From a virus: a DNA stretch of 17,225 nt. Positions 6,929 to 15,589 of the stretch are shown one piece after another. Within the stretch, counting starts at the first letter, position 1. Each line of letters begins with the position of its first letter. The notes under the pieces are model-generated. The model did no database searches, had not been told where the DNA came from, and was given only the letters and a program-made list of their open reading frames with translations. Location: UHGV virus genome UHGV-0151125. One strand, given 5' to 3'. Position numbers and translations under genes: made by a program.

Positions 6929-6960
6929 GAGGGCGGGATTCGTTTCCCGCCCTCCTTTCC
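6929..6960 (+). terminator. Hairpin gagggcggga-ttcgtt-tcccgccctc followed by a short CTTTCC tract; candidate partial terminator/attenuator after the capsid gene
   Basis: Perfect 10-bp GC stem 14 nt after the MCP stop. The U-tract is short, so likely leaky. Confidence 0.45.
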
Positions 6961-6974
6961 GAAGGAGGTGAGAA

Positions 6975-8600
6975 ATGTACCAGCCCAGCACGGAGATTCG
7001 GATAGGGACGGTTCCGTGGAACCCGAACTACAAGCACGTTCGCTGGTATCCGAACCTGAACGCCCAGTTGTCGGGCGTAGCTTCGTTCATGGACGCTCGG
7101 CGAACGATTTCAACCTACACGTACCAGCGCCTGGAATCTGCCATCGACGTGGACGGCAACCCCGAGCAGTACTACAATTACAACTACGTGATGTTCCAGA
7201 ACGAGAACTTCGGGACTAAGTGGTTCTACGCGTTCATCGCCCGCGCAGAGTACAAGACGGCCAACACGACGCGCTTGCACTTGGAACTCGATTACGTGCA
7301 GACCTACATGTTCGACTACGATATCAAACCGTGCTTCGTGGAGCGCGAGCATGTGAACGACGACGCGATAGGCGCTCACGTCAAGGACGAGGGGATCGAT
7401 CCGGGCGAACTCAAATGCACGTACTCGGCGATCGACAACGAGGACATGGATTGCTACATGGTCGTGGCGAGCGCCGTGGAGCCTTTGAAGGACGGAACGT
7501 ACGTCAACAACGGCGGGGACAAGTACATGGGCGTTACCAGCGGCACGAGCTTGTCGGTGTTTCTGACGGTGGACGACTTCAAGGGATTCATGAAAGCGCT
7601 GTCCGACAACGGCCAGCAGGACGCGGTGAGCCAGGTCTACATGGTTCCTCGAGCGGCGATCCCGACTATCGTCAAGAAGTCCGACGGCTGGGGCTACTGG
7701 GTCGATTCGAACGCGGCGACCCCGCAGGTTACGAAGAACTACGCCCTGGGCTTCACCAACCTGGACGGTTACGTGCCGAAGAACAACAAGATGTTCTGCT
7801 ACCCGTTCGAATACGCCGAAGTGACCAATTTCACCGGAGCCGACCAGCAGTTCCGGCTCGAATTCTGCGGAACGCCCGGAACGCTGAGCTTGCAGAAGAC
7901 GGGCGGCTGCGATGCGAACTCGCGTCTGGCCTACATACCGCTGAACTACAACGGGGTGAACCGCTTCGTCGAAGGCGCGGTGTACTTGGAGAAGTACCCC
8001 ACTTGCAACTGGGTGTACCAGGCGTTCGCCAACATGCTCGGCGCGTCCCAGGTGGACACGTCGTTCGGCTTGTCGTTCAACTCGATGAGCCAGCTGCCCT
8101 ACGTGAACTCCTTCATCGACTCCACGCAGAACATCATCGGAGGAGCCATGCAGGGCTTGGCATCCGGCACCGTCGCCGGGGCTGCCGCGAGCATGATCAA
8201 CTCGACGATCAACGGCGCGCAAGACCTGACCAACACCTTCGCGAACTTCTCGAAGGCATCGAAGACCCCGAACACGCAGCGCGGAGGCACTAACTCGACT
8301 ACCGCGCTCGTGAACTTCGGAACCTACACGATAGGCGTTCGCAAGTACACGTGCCGAGCCGAGATAGCGCGCCAGATCGACGACTTTTTGAGCGTGTACG
8401 GCTACAACGTTTCCGTCGTGAAAACGCCCAACATCACGGGGCGCGCTTCGTGGAACTACGTGAAGACCGTAGCCGCGAACATGACCGGATCGGTTCCGGC
8501 CGGATACCTGGCGATGTTCAACAGGCTGCTCGATTCCGGAGTCACGTTCTGGCACACGGACGACGTGGGCAACTATTCTCTACCGAACAACATAATCTAA
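6975..8600 (+). CDS. Tail knob / distal tail tube protein (phi29 gp9-like), 541 aa
   Basis: RBS gaaggagg. N-terminal YVMFQNENFGTKWFYAFI...REHV and C-terminal TFWHTDDVGNYS match phi29 gp9 (YIMFQNADYGNKWFYAFV...REHV, TLWHTDNIGNYS) as recalled. Synteny. Confidence 0.75.
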   Translation: MYQPSTEIRIGTVPWNPNYKHVRWYPNLNAQLSGVASFMDARRTISTYTYQRLESAIDVDGNPEQYYNYNYVMFQNENFGTKWFYAFIARAEYKTANTTRLHLELDYVQTYMFDYDIKPCFVEREHVNDDAIGAHVKDEGIDPGELKCTYSAIDNEDMDCYMVVASAVEPLKDGTYVNNGGDKYMGVTSGTSLSVFLTVDDFKGFMKALSDNGQQDAVSQVYMVPRAAIPTIVKKSDGWGYWVDSNAATPQVTKNYALGFTNLDGYVPKNNKMFCYPFEYAEVTNFTGADQQFRLEFCGTPGTLSLQKTGGCDANSRLAYIPLNYNGVNRFVEGAVYLEKYPTCNWVYQAFANMLGASQVDTSFGLSFNSMSQLPYVNSFIDSTQNIIGGAMQGLASGTVAGAAASMINSTINGAQDLTNTFANFSKASKTPNTQRGGTNSTTALVNFGTYTIGVRKYTCRAEIARQIDDFLSVYGYNVSVVKTPNITGRASWNYVKTVAANMTGSVPAGYLAMFNRLLDSGVTFWHTDDVGNYSLPNNII

Positions 8601-8610
8601 GGAGGTGCAT

Positions 8611-9603
8611 ATGAACCCTTTGCAAGTGCAAACCACCCCGTACGGACTACCGTGGGGACGCATGCCCAAAAACGCCAAGAAGAACCAGCGGGACATGGAC
8701 AACGCGGCGATGAACTCGCAAACCATGTTCCTGTGGCAGATGCGACTGTACGAACTGGCGATGAGCGTGTTCGAATGGGAGAACCTTCCCGAGGGCATCA
8801 ACGAGCGTCAGATCGAATGGTGGCTCCTTCGCGACGGTTTCTGCGTGTTCCTGCATGACGAGGATATCGCGCTCGACCCTGTTCAGCGCAGCCCGGAGGG
8901 CTACGCGATCATGCAGTGCATGTTGGAGGGCAACTTCGACATCTACTCGCAGCCGGTGAACCGCATAGCCTACTCGGTGATGGGCGTTAACATCCCGCTC
9001 ACCATCGAGAACTCCGTCATAATCTGGAACTCGAATCTTCGCGTGCCTACCTGGTTCGCGCTCAACATGTACGCCAAGAAGCTGTGGGCGATAGACCGGG
9101 CGATAGACGTTAACGTCCACCAGCAGAAGACCCCTCGCGTCGTGAAATGCTCGCAGAAGCAGCGCCTGAGCTTCGAGAACATGATGGCGCAGGTGGACGA
9201 GTACAAACCCCTCATCATGACGGACAAGGACTTCGACCTCGAATCCATCGACATCCTCGACAACTCGTCTCCGTACGTCGCCGAACAGCTCTACGAACTC
9301 AAAGATAAGTACTGGAAGGAGGCGCTCGGATTCTTAGGGATAGCCAGTTCCGAGTCCAAGTCCGAGCGCGTCATCGTGGACGAGATGCTCGCCAGCCTCG
9401 GCGGCACGGAAGCGCAGCGGCTCTGCCGCCTCGAGTCCCGCCAGTTCGCGTGCAAGCAGATCAACGAGATCTTCGGGCTCGACGTTGACGTGCATTTCAG
9501 GGTTTCGGAGAAACGCCAAGAAGAGCAGTGGGCTATCGCCGACGGCGAGTTCGACGAATCCAAGTACGCCGAGGAGAACGGAATCGAGGCGAGCGGAGAA
9601 TGA
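8611..9603 (+). CDS. Head-tail connector / portal protein (phi29 gp10-like), 330 aa
   Basis: RBS aaggagg at 8599-8605, ATG 8611. FEWENLP motif and long C-terminal similarity to phi29 gp10 (QKTP..., INEIFGLDVDVHFR vs INELYGLNVKVKFR). Confidence 0.85.
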   Translation: MNPLQVQTTPYGLPWGRMPKNAKKNQRDMDNAAMNSQTMFLWQMRLYELAMSVFEWENLPEGINERQIEWWLLRDGFCVFLHDEDIALDPVQRSPEGYAIMQCMLEGNFDIYSQPVNRIAYSVMGVNIPLTIENSVIIWNSNLRVPTWFALNMYAKKLWAIDRAIDVNVHQQKTPRVVKCSQKQRLSFENMMAQVDEYKPLIMTDKDFDLESIDILDNSSPYVAEQLYELKDKYWKEALGFLGIASSESKSERVIVDEMLASLGGTEAQRLCRLESRQFACKQINEIFGLDVDVHFRVSEKRQEEQWAIADGEFDESKYAEENGIEASGE

Positions 9604-10274
9604 GCAAGTATACGGTGCAGCTTCGATGGGTGCTCGAACAGACGCTTGCCGATGCGAAGCTGCCGAACATCGAGGCCAACTGGCATGCTGCTTACGACAA
9701 GCTGGGCTTGGCCGACTATCCGATCTTCGACGAAGCGTATAGGCAGACGCTGAACGACAAGATCATACGCCACTATTTCATGTACGAGATAGGAGCTGAA
9801 ACGGCGGGGTTGTTCCGCATGTTCGTTCGCGACGCGATGTTCTTGATCATGCCGTACTATAATCAGCTGTACCTGTCGGAGATAACTGCGAAGGGCATCC
9901 ATCCGCTCATCGACCACACGCGGACTATCGCGGAAGACGCGACCGGCACCGCCTCGAATGCCGCGAACACCAGCGCGACTTCGACGAGCAACGCGCAGGA
10001 CATTTTCAGCGACACGCCTATGAGCGCGCTCAATTTCGACAATATCAAGGCGGGCAACTACGCGTCAACCGCCGACTTTACCGATGCGTCCACGACCGAT
10101 TCCGGCAAATCGGATTCGAGCGGCAGCTACGACAACAAGCTGTCGCGCACGGAGACCGGGCATGACAAGGCGGAATCCGAACTGCTCTTGATTTGGCGAG
10201 ACACGTTCGTTAATATAGACCGTGACGTAGTGGAAGACAAAGCGCTGCGCGAATGCTTCATGACGATATGGTAA
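9600..10274 (+). CDS. Lower collar protein candidate (phi29 gp11 position), 224 aa
   Basis: ATGA overlap with the portal stop. Assignment by synteny only. Confidence 0.5.
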   Translation: MSKYTVQLRWVLEQTLADAKLPNIEANWHAAYDKLGLADYPIFDEAYRQTLNDKIIRHYFMYEIGAETAGLFRMFVRDAMFLIMPYYNQLYLSEITAKGIHPLIDHTRTIAEDATGTASNAANTSATSTSNAQDIFSDTPMSALNFDNIKAGNYASTADFTDASTTDSGKSDSSGSYDNKLSRTETGHDKAESELLLIWRDTFVNIDRDVVEDKALRECFMTIW

Positions 10275-10284
10275 GGAGGAGCGC

Positions 10285-10743
10285 ATGAACCAGCCCACAC
10301 CGGACGTAGCGCCGTTTCGCTACTACGTGCAAATGGTTCTGCCGGCCGTCTACGGCGACGAGCTGAGCTATTACGAGGTGCTTGCGAAAGTGACCGAGAA
10401 GCTGAACGAGGTCATCGAGAATTTGAACAAACAGGGTCAGAACGTGAACGACCTCATGGCGTTCTACAATCAGCTGAAAGCGCAGGTGGACGCGCTGGAA
10501 AACGAGGTGGACGCGATCAAGAACGGCGAGTACGTGCATCTGTACCTCGATTCCATCATAAACTGGATCGACGCGAACCTGCAGTGCCTGGTGGCAAGGA
10601 TCGTGAAGTTCGTATGCTTCGGGCTTGGCGACGACGGGCATTTCAAGGCGTACATCCCCGCTACCTGGCAGTTCCTGCAGTTCGACACGGGCATGAACCC
10701 CGACGACTCGGAAACGTACGGGCACCTCATCATCAAATGGTAA
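10285..10743 (+). CDS. Hypothetical coiled-coil protein, 152 aa, between the collar and tailspike genes
   Basis: RBS aaggagga. Predicted heptad-rich segment (LNEVIENLNKQGQNVNDLMAFYNQLKAQVDALENEVDAIK). Confidence 0.6.
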   Translation: MNQPTPDVAPFRYYVQMVLPAVYGDELSYYEVLAKVTEKLNEVIENLNKQGQNVNDLMAFYNQLKAQVDALENEVDAIKNGEYVHLYLDSIINWIDANLQCLVARIVKFVCFGLGDDGHFKAYIPATWQFLQFDTGMNPDDSETYGHLIIKW

Positions 10744-10754
10744 AGGAGAGAATC

Positions 10755-12869
10755 ATGGCAGAATCCACGAAGAACATGACGGTGGGCGCGGGAAGCGCGA
10801 GCGCGAGCGTCACCGCCACCGTGACCGATCAAATGCCCGGCGTTCCGTGCCCCGCGACTCCGGGTTATACATATACCGGCATGCGCTACGTGCCCGTGTT
10901 CGCCGACCCTGCGGAGTGGTCTAGCGCGAACAGCTACGAGCCATTGGAAATTGTCATCCACGAAGGTAATTCGTACACTTCCAAGACGTTCGTGCCGGTT
11001 GGTGTCGAGATCACCAATAAGGAGTACTGGGCTAATACCGGTAATTACAATGCGCAGATCGAACAGTATCGGCAGGAAGTATTGGCAATGCAGGGGCAGG
11101 TGACGCAGAACAAGAACAATATCGCGGGCTTGAAGCAGCAAGTCTCGGCAGTGCAGGGGCAGGTGACGCAGAACAAGAACGATATCGCGGACGAGATCGC
11201 CGCACGCAAGAAGGTGTACGTCACCTACGCGGACTTCGGGGCCAAGCTCGACGGCGTGACGGACGACAGCGCCGCTATCATCGCCGCGCACAAATACGCG
11301 AACGCTAACGGCGTTCCCGTCGTGCAGCACGGCGGTAAGGTGAAGTGCAATTTCCAGGCCGAAGTCAAGACCTCGTGCCTGCTAGATATGGAGTTCGTGC
11401 TGCTGGCGGACTCGCCTCAGCCCGTGTACTCGATCGAGGCCGACGACGCGCAGGACTTCACGTTCTCGGGGAGCGTCACGGCCGATTCCGTCACCAGCCC
11501 CGATGCCAGGCTGAACGGCTGCTTCGCGGTGATACAGAACGAGAACACCGGTTGGAACCTGGGGGCTCGAGAAGGGAAGGGGGCGGCGGTCTACCATCGG
11601 GAAGTCAAGGCGTACGACAAAGCGGGAATGCTCATCACATCGCCGTTCTACATCCCGAACACCGGAACGTTCACGTGCTCTAACGTTCATTCCCTTTGGG
11701 AACGGCCAGTGGAGTTCGCCGGGGCTACCATCACGTACGACAATTCGGAGCAGGCCAACATTCCGAATTTCCTGCGCGTGCGTAGAAACAACACTACAGT
11801 CAAGGATATCACGTTCAATCCGCTGTCCGTTCCGCCTGCGAATGCTGCTTCTCTTACAAGCAACGGGTTGATTTTCGTCACCGCTTGCGCAAACGTTAAA
11901 GTAAGCAATATCTCGGCAAATAACAACTCGTCAGACAACGAAACCGCTACCGCATCTTACTACAGCTATATCATCGGGTTCAACAGCACGTTCAACTGCC
12001 ATGTTGACAACATGCTCGGAGTAGGAGGCTGGGGTGTTGTCGGGAACGACTGGTGCGACTGCATGACTTACTCTAACTGCGTGTTGAACAGAGTTGACAA
12101 CCATTACGGAGCATTCGGAACTTACAATCTAACAAATAGCAAACTGACTGGAGTCTGCGCGTTCACGCTACCGTACGGAAACGCGAACGCCGTTATAAGC
12201 AACGTTGATATGTTCCCGCGTGCTAACAAATTCTCTTGCATCGACTTTAGAACAGACGTGAAGCTAACATTTCAAGGGACTTTGTATATAAACAACTGCA
12301 CATTAAACGAGCCAAATTCTAATCGAGCAAACATCTTTATAAAAGCTGTTAAAAGCGTTTCTTCTGGTTCACAACCAGACGTAAAGCCAAGAATCGTAAT
12401 AAACGGCCTGTATTACAACACAACTCGCCAATTCTGTTATTCGCCGGAAGGTATGGCGCTCAATTACTCTATTAACGGGTTCGAAGGCAACTTCAGCATG
12501 TGGGGAGACCCGAACGTCAAAATGTCAAATTCCATATGCTGGAACATGGACACGAACGGATTATTGACACCTAACACGATCATCCACATCGATAACTGCA
12601 CACTCAACAAAAAAGAAACGCTCCCTAGCACAGACTGGTTTTTCACTGGCGAATTTATAATCGCGAATTGTAAAATCAACAATACTTTCAAATGCAACAC
12701 TCAAGACGATCAAGCTAAGCACCTAGTAACCGGATGCATTTTCAAAAACGGCGAGACCGTTAGCGGAAAGGGTGCGGTCAGCTTCGTCGGATGCGTGATC
12801 GACACGGTTCCAACATTGGCGCATTACAAATCGAAAAGCTGTTTCGGCATTGCGGATGCTGAAAAATAG
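10755..12869 (+). CDS. Tailspike / pre-neck appendage-like protein (phi29 gp12 position) with a right-handed beta-helix-like region, 704 aa
   Basis: RBS aaaggagag, ATG 10755. The ORF track's earlier start at 10584 lacks an RBS and overlaps the upstream gene. Asn/Gly/Cys-rich repetitive beta-helix-like sequence, an internal 21-aa tandem repeat, and synteny. Confidence 0.65.
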   Translation: MAESTKNMTVGAGSASASVTATVTDQMPGVPCPATPGYTYTGMRYVPVFADPAEWSSANSYEPLEIVIHEGNSYTSKTFVPVGVEITNKEYWANTGNYNAQIEQYRQEVLAMQGQVTQNKNNIAGLKQQVSAVQGQVTQNKNDIADEIAARKKVYVTYADFGAKLDGVTDDSAAIIAAHKYANANGVPVVQHGGKVKCNFQAEVKTSCLLDMEFVLLADSPQPVYSIEADDAQDFTFSGSVTADSVTSPDARLNGCFAVIQNENTGWNLGAREGKGAAVYHREVKAYDKAGMLITSPFYIPNTGTFTCSNVHSLWERPVEFAGATITYDNSEQANIPNFLRVRRNNTTVKDITFNPLSVPPANAASLTSNGLIFVTACANVKVSNISANNNSSDNETATASYYSYIIGFNSTFNCHVDNMLGVGGWGVVGNDWCDCMTYSNCVLNRVDNHYGAFGTYNLTNSKLTGVCAFTLPYGNANAVISNVDMFPRANKFSCIDFRTDVKLTFQGTLYINNCTLNEPNSNRANIFIKAVKSVSSGSQPDVKPRIVINGLYYNTTRQFCYSPEGMALNYSINGFEGNFSMWGDPNVKMSNSICWNMDTNGLLTPNTIIHIDNCTLNKKETLPSTDWFFTGEFIIANCKINNTFKCNTQDDQAKHLVTGCIFKNGETVSGKGAVSFVGCVIDTVPTLAHYKSKSCFGIADAEK
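11091..11190 (+). repeat. Two copies of a 37-nt direct repeat (period 63 nt) encoding QGQVTQNKN(N/D)IA in the tailspike
   Basis: 11091-11127 and 11154-11190 are identical at 36 of 37 nt. Confidence 0.8.
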
Positions 12870-12957
12870 GATGAGGTGGTGCTTCGATGGATTTCATCAT
12901 AACCGAGCAGACAATCACGCTTTCATTAGACAATTCGTTTTGGATCGGAAACGCATA

Positions 12958-13323
12958 ATGCCTAACGATCCTACAGGCGGTGGAAACCCCAACTTCTTCA
13001 AGACCTTCAAGGGGGCGTACGTCCACGCCCCCTCCCCCGAAGCGATGTTCACCAGCGAGCGGGTCATGCTGTCCTGCGTGAACGACGTGCAGTTCCAAGG
13101 CGATTGCATGATCATGAACTACACGCCGGGCGCGACGCTCACGACGCTGCCTCCGGAATGCCGGCCGTCGACCGAAGTGCGGATTCCCGTGGTAGTAGAT
13201 ACTAACGTGGACGTGCTTTCGATTCAGACGAACGGCGCGGTTTCCTTGCATGCTTCTACCGACGGCATGGTGTATCTGGCGGGACTGTCCTTCAATATAA
13301 GCATGAACTGGTATTCTAATTAG
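12958..13323 (+). CDS. Hypothetical protein, 121 aa (beta-rich; possible virion protein)
   Basis: GC-rich ORF. Start chosen at ATG 12958, because the upstream in-frame extension to TTG 12850 has atypical W/C/H-rich composition and overlaps the tailspike end. Weak RBS. Confidence 0.5.
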   Translation: MPNDPTGGGNPNFFKTFKGAYVHAPSPEAMFTSERVMLSCVNDVQFQGDCMIMNYTPGATLTTLPPECRPSTEVRIPVVVDTNVDVLSIQTNGAVSLHASTDGMVYLAGLSFNISMNWYSN

Positions 13324-13334
13324 GAGGAATCAAG

Positions 13335-13514
13335 ATGGATGTTAACGATATTGTCACTCTTATCGGTAGTCTGGGCTTCCCTATTGTGGCTTGCGTGGGC
13401 ATGTTTTACCTGTACAATCGTACTCTTAAGGATTTTACTAGCACACTTAACGACATTGCGAGCGAGATTAAGGAGATACACGAAGAGCTTAAAGAGCTGA
13501 TCAAGAATGCTTAG
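13335..13514 (+). CDS. Small single-TM holin-like protein, 59 aa
   Basis: Strong RBS taggagga. One hydrophobic helix (LIGSLGFPIVACVGMFYLY) plus a charged C-terminus. Overlaps the endolysin start by 8 nt. AT-rich island. Confidence 0.55.
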   Translation: MDVNDIVTLIGSLGFPIVACVGMFYLYNRTLKDFTSTLNDIASEIKEIHEELKELIKNA

Positions 13515-14181
13515 GGGCATCGACATATCGAACTGGCAAGCTGGGTTGGACGCGGATAGCGTGTTCCCGAACGTGGACTTCGTGATCTGCAAGGCGACCG
13601 AGGGCGTGGATTTCGTGGACGGATACTGCGACAGCTGGGTGCAATGGTGCCGCAGAAACGGCAAGCCCTGGGGCTTCTACCATTTCGCGAATTCCAACGA
13701 TCCCATGAAAGAGGCTATCCATTTCATAGACAACACGAGCAACTATTTCGGCGAAGGTATTCCGGTGCTTGACTGGGAGGGCGGCCAAAGCGTTGAGTGG
13801 GTCAACGAGTTCGTGAACATCGTCCACGATCAGACCGGAATCTGGCCGTGGATCTACGCCAACCCCTGGCGATTCAACCAGGGCGGCGTGGAGCAGAACT
13901 GCATGCGCTGGATCGCGAGCTACCCCGACGTGCTGCGCCCGGGACTCGACTACGACCCCGGCGAGCCTCCGGAGACGGACGGCCTCGTCGGCTGCTGGCA
14001 GTACGCGTCCGACGGGCAGGTGCCCGGATACGCGGGCAACCTGGACGTGAATCACTTCTTCGGAAGCGTCGGCGCGTGGCAAGCGTACGCGGGCGTCCCA
14101 TCTTCGGGACAACCTGACCCGTCGCCTTCGCAGTCGGTTTTGGAAAACGATAGATTCCGCGTGACAATCGAAGAGAAGTAA
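13507..14181 (+). CDS. Endolysin, GH25 family muramidase (lysozyme), 224 aa, no obvious cell-wall-binding domain
   Basis: N-terminal RGIDISNWQ, DFVICKATEG, GFYHFA and LDWEG signatures of Glyco_hydro_25. Confidence 0.8.
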   Translation: MLRGIDISNWQAGLDADSVFPNVDFVICKATEGVDFVDGYCDSWVQWCRRNGKPWGFYHFANSNDPMKEAIHFIDNTSNYFGEGIPVLDWEGGQSVEWVNEFVNIVHDQTGIWPWIYANPWRFNQGGVEQNCMRWIASYPDVLRPGLDYDPGEPPETDGLVGCWQYASDGQVPGYAGNLDVNHFFGSVGAWQAYAGVPSSGQPDPSPSQSVLENDRFRVTIEEK

Positions 14182-14310
14182 TGTATGATGGTCATGCGCC
14201 GGAAAGCAAGCTATCTTCTGCGTCTGTGGGGCACCCGGTGAAACGGGCACGGGCGCATACGGAGAACAGCCCCCTCTGTGATAGTCTTTTCGGTTAGCGC
14301 CCTTTGACTT

Positions 14311-14347
14311 GCCGCCCTCCGCTTGCACAGCATGATGGAGGGCGGCG
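14311..14347 (+). other. Strong hairpin (gccgccctcc - 17-nt loop - ggagggcggc) within a 200-nt GC-rich non-coding region
   Basis: 10-bp perfect stem. No U-tract follows, so it is not a canonical terminator. Additional stems at 14194-14200/14252-14258 and 14234-14247. Confidence 0.5.
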
Positions 14348-14389
14348 CTCTAAAAGTCGAGGGAAATTCTCAAGTCAAAGGAGGAAATC

Positions 14390-14461
14390 ATGAAAATCAA
14401 AGAGCTTTTGAAATACGCCGAAGAAGGAATAACGGTGTACTTCGGCTCGACATTGAAATGA
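14390..14461 (+). CDS. 23-aa mini-ORF (MKIKELLKYAEEGITVYFGSTLK) with a strong RBS
   Basis: aaaggagg at 14377-14384, 5 nt from the ATG. Its TGA stop overlaps the ATG of the next ORF (ATGA). Alternatively the 5' part of a frameshifted single gene. Confidence 0.3.
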   Translation: MKIKELLKYAEEGITVYFGSTLK

Positions 14462-14586
14462 ACTATTGCTTCGATAAGAACAGCTCTCTTAGCGAAGCAG
14501 ATATGGAAGTGCTGAACATGGAACCGTCGAAAATCTGGGGATGGGACGATGGAACTATCTGCGTTGAAGTGAAGATAAATGGCTAA
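14458..14586 (+). CDS. 42-aa ORF (MNYCFDKNSSLSEADMEVLNMEPSKIWGWDDGTICVEVKING) coupled to the upstream mini-ORF and overlapping the ATPase start by 8 nt
   Basis: The stop-start overlap architecture on both sides suggests translation. No RBS of its own. Confidence 0.35.
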   Translation: MNYCFDKNSSLSEADMEVLNMEPSKIWGWDDGTICVEVKING

Positions 14587-15589
14587 GTACTGGGACATAT
14601 CGAAGACTCTCTCCTACAACTGCCTGTTCAACTTCATTTACGGCATCCGCGGTGCGGGCAAGACCTACACGGGGCTGCAGCACTATGTGAAACGGTACCT
14701 GCGCACGGGCAAGCGCTTCATGTATTTGCGCCGCACGGAAGAGGAGTTGAAGAACCTGGCCACCCGCAAGGATGGTCGCCTCTTCAACCATGTGCAAGTC
14801 GAGTTCCCGGGACACGCGCTCTGGGCTGAATCCAACATCCTGCATATCGACAAGGAGATATGCGGCTACGCGCAAGCGCTGTCAACGGCGCGCAAGCTCA
14901 AGTCCGATGCGCTGGACAACGTGGACACGATCCTGTTCGACGAGTTCGTCATCGACAAGGGTTTCCAAACGTACCTTCCCGACGAGGTGACGGCGTTCTT
15001 GGAGCTTTACGAAACCATCGCGCGACCCGGTTCGCGTGATTACGACGTAACCTGCATGTTCTGGGGAAACGCGGTGACCTCGGCGAACCCCTACATGGAC
15101 TACTTCAAGTTGGAGCTTCCCTACAAGACGGACGTATGGAGGCGCGGCGAGTTCCTGACGCAGATGGTAGCGCCTCCCGAGCTGATCGAAGCGAAGAAGG
15201 GCACGCGCTTCTACCAGGCGATAGCGGGCAGCGACTATGCGGCGTACGCGGCCGAGAACAAATGGTTGCGCGACAATCCGAAGTTCATCGCGAGAAAAGG
15301 CAAGAATGCCGAATACCAGTTCACGCTCCTTTACTACGACGATGCTATCGGCATATGGCGCGACAACCGAAACGGATGCTATTACGTATCGGAAGACGTT
15401 GACCGCCAATGCCGCCACGTGTTCGCCGCCACGACGGAAGACCATGAGCCGAACACTCTGCTGCTCAAAGGTTTCAAATCCTCGCCCCATCTGGCTAACT
15501 TGAAGAAGGCTTACGACATGGGGTGCGTGCGGTACGAGTCCATGAAGCTCAACAACTGGTTCAGGGATATTGTTAGGATGGGATTATGA
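14579..15589 (+). CDS. DNA encapsidation (packaging) ATPase, phi29 gp16-like, 336 aa
   Basis: Walker A GIRGAGKT, Walker B ILFDEF. Extended similarity to phi29 gp16 (LSYDRILNFVIGARGIGKSY; VFDEFI...NAVSVVNPYF) as recalled. Confidence 0.88.
   Translation: MAKYWDISKTLSYNCLFNFIYGIRGAGKTYTGLQHYVKRYLRTGKRFMYLRRTEEELKNLATRKDGRLFNHVQVEFPGHALWAESNILHIDKEICGYAQALSTARKLKSDALDNVDTILFDEFVIDKGFQTYLPDEVTAFLELYETIARPGSRDYDVTCMFWGNAVTSANPYMDYFKLELPYKTDVWRRGEFLTQMVAPPELIEAKKGTRFYQAIAGSDYAAYAAENKWLRDNPKFIARKGKNAEYQFTLLYYDDAIGIWRDNRNGCYYVSEDVDRQCRHVFAATTEDHEPNTLLLKGFKSSPHLANLKKAYDMGCVRYESMKLNNWFRDIVRMGL

Noticed and set aside
12850-12957. Longer N-terminal extension of the 121-aa gene starting at TTG 12850 or ATG 12856 (MRMLKNRMRWCFDGFHH...)
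   Set aside because: No RBS. It overlaps the tailspike stop, has odd W/C/H-rich composition and low GC unlike the rest of the ORF. ATG 12958 is preferred.
14181-14297. 38-aa ORF (MYDGHAPESKLSSASVGHPVKRARAHTENSPLCDSLFG) starting at the endolysin stop
   Set aside because: No convincing RBS, and it lies in the region better explained as a structured non-coding element. Not called, though a remnant gene cannot be excluded.
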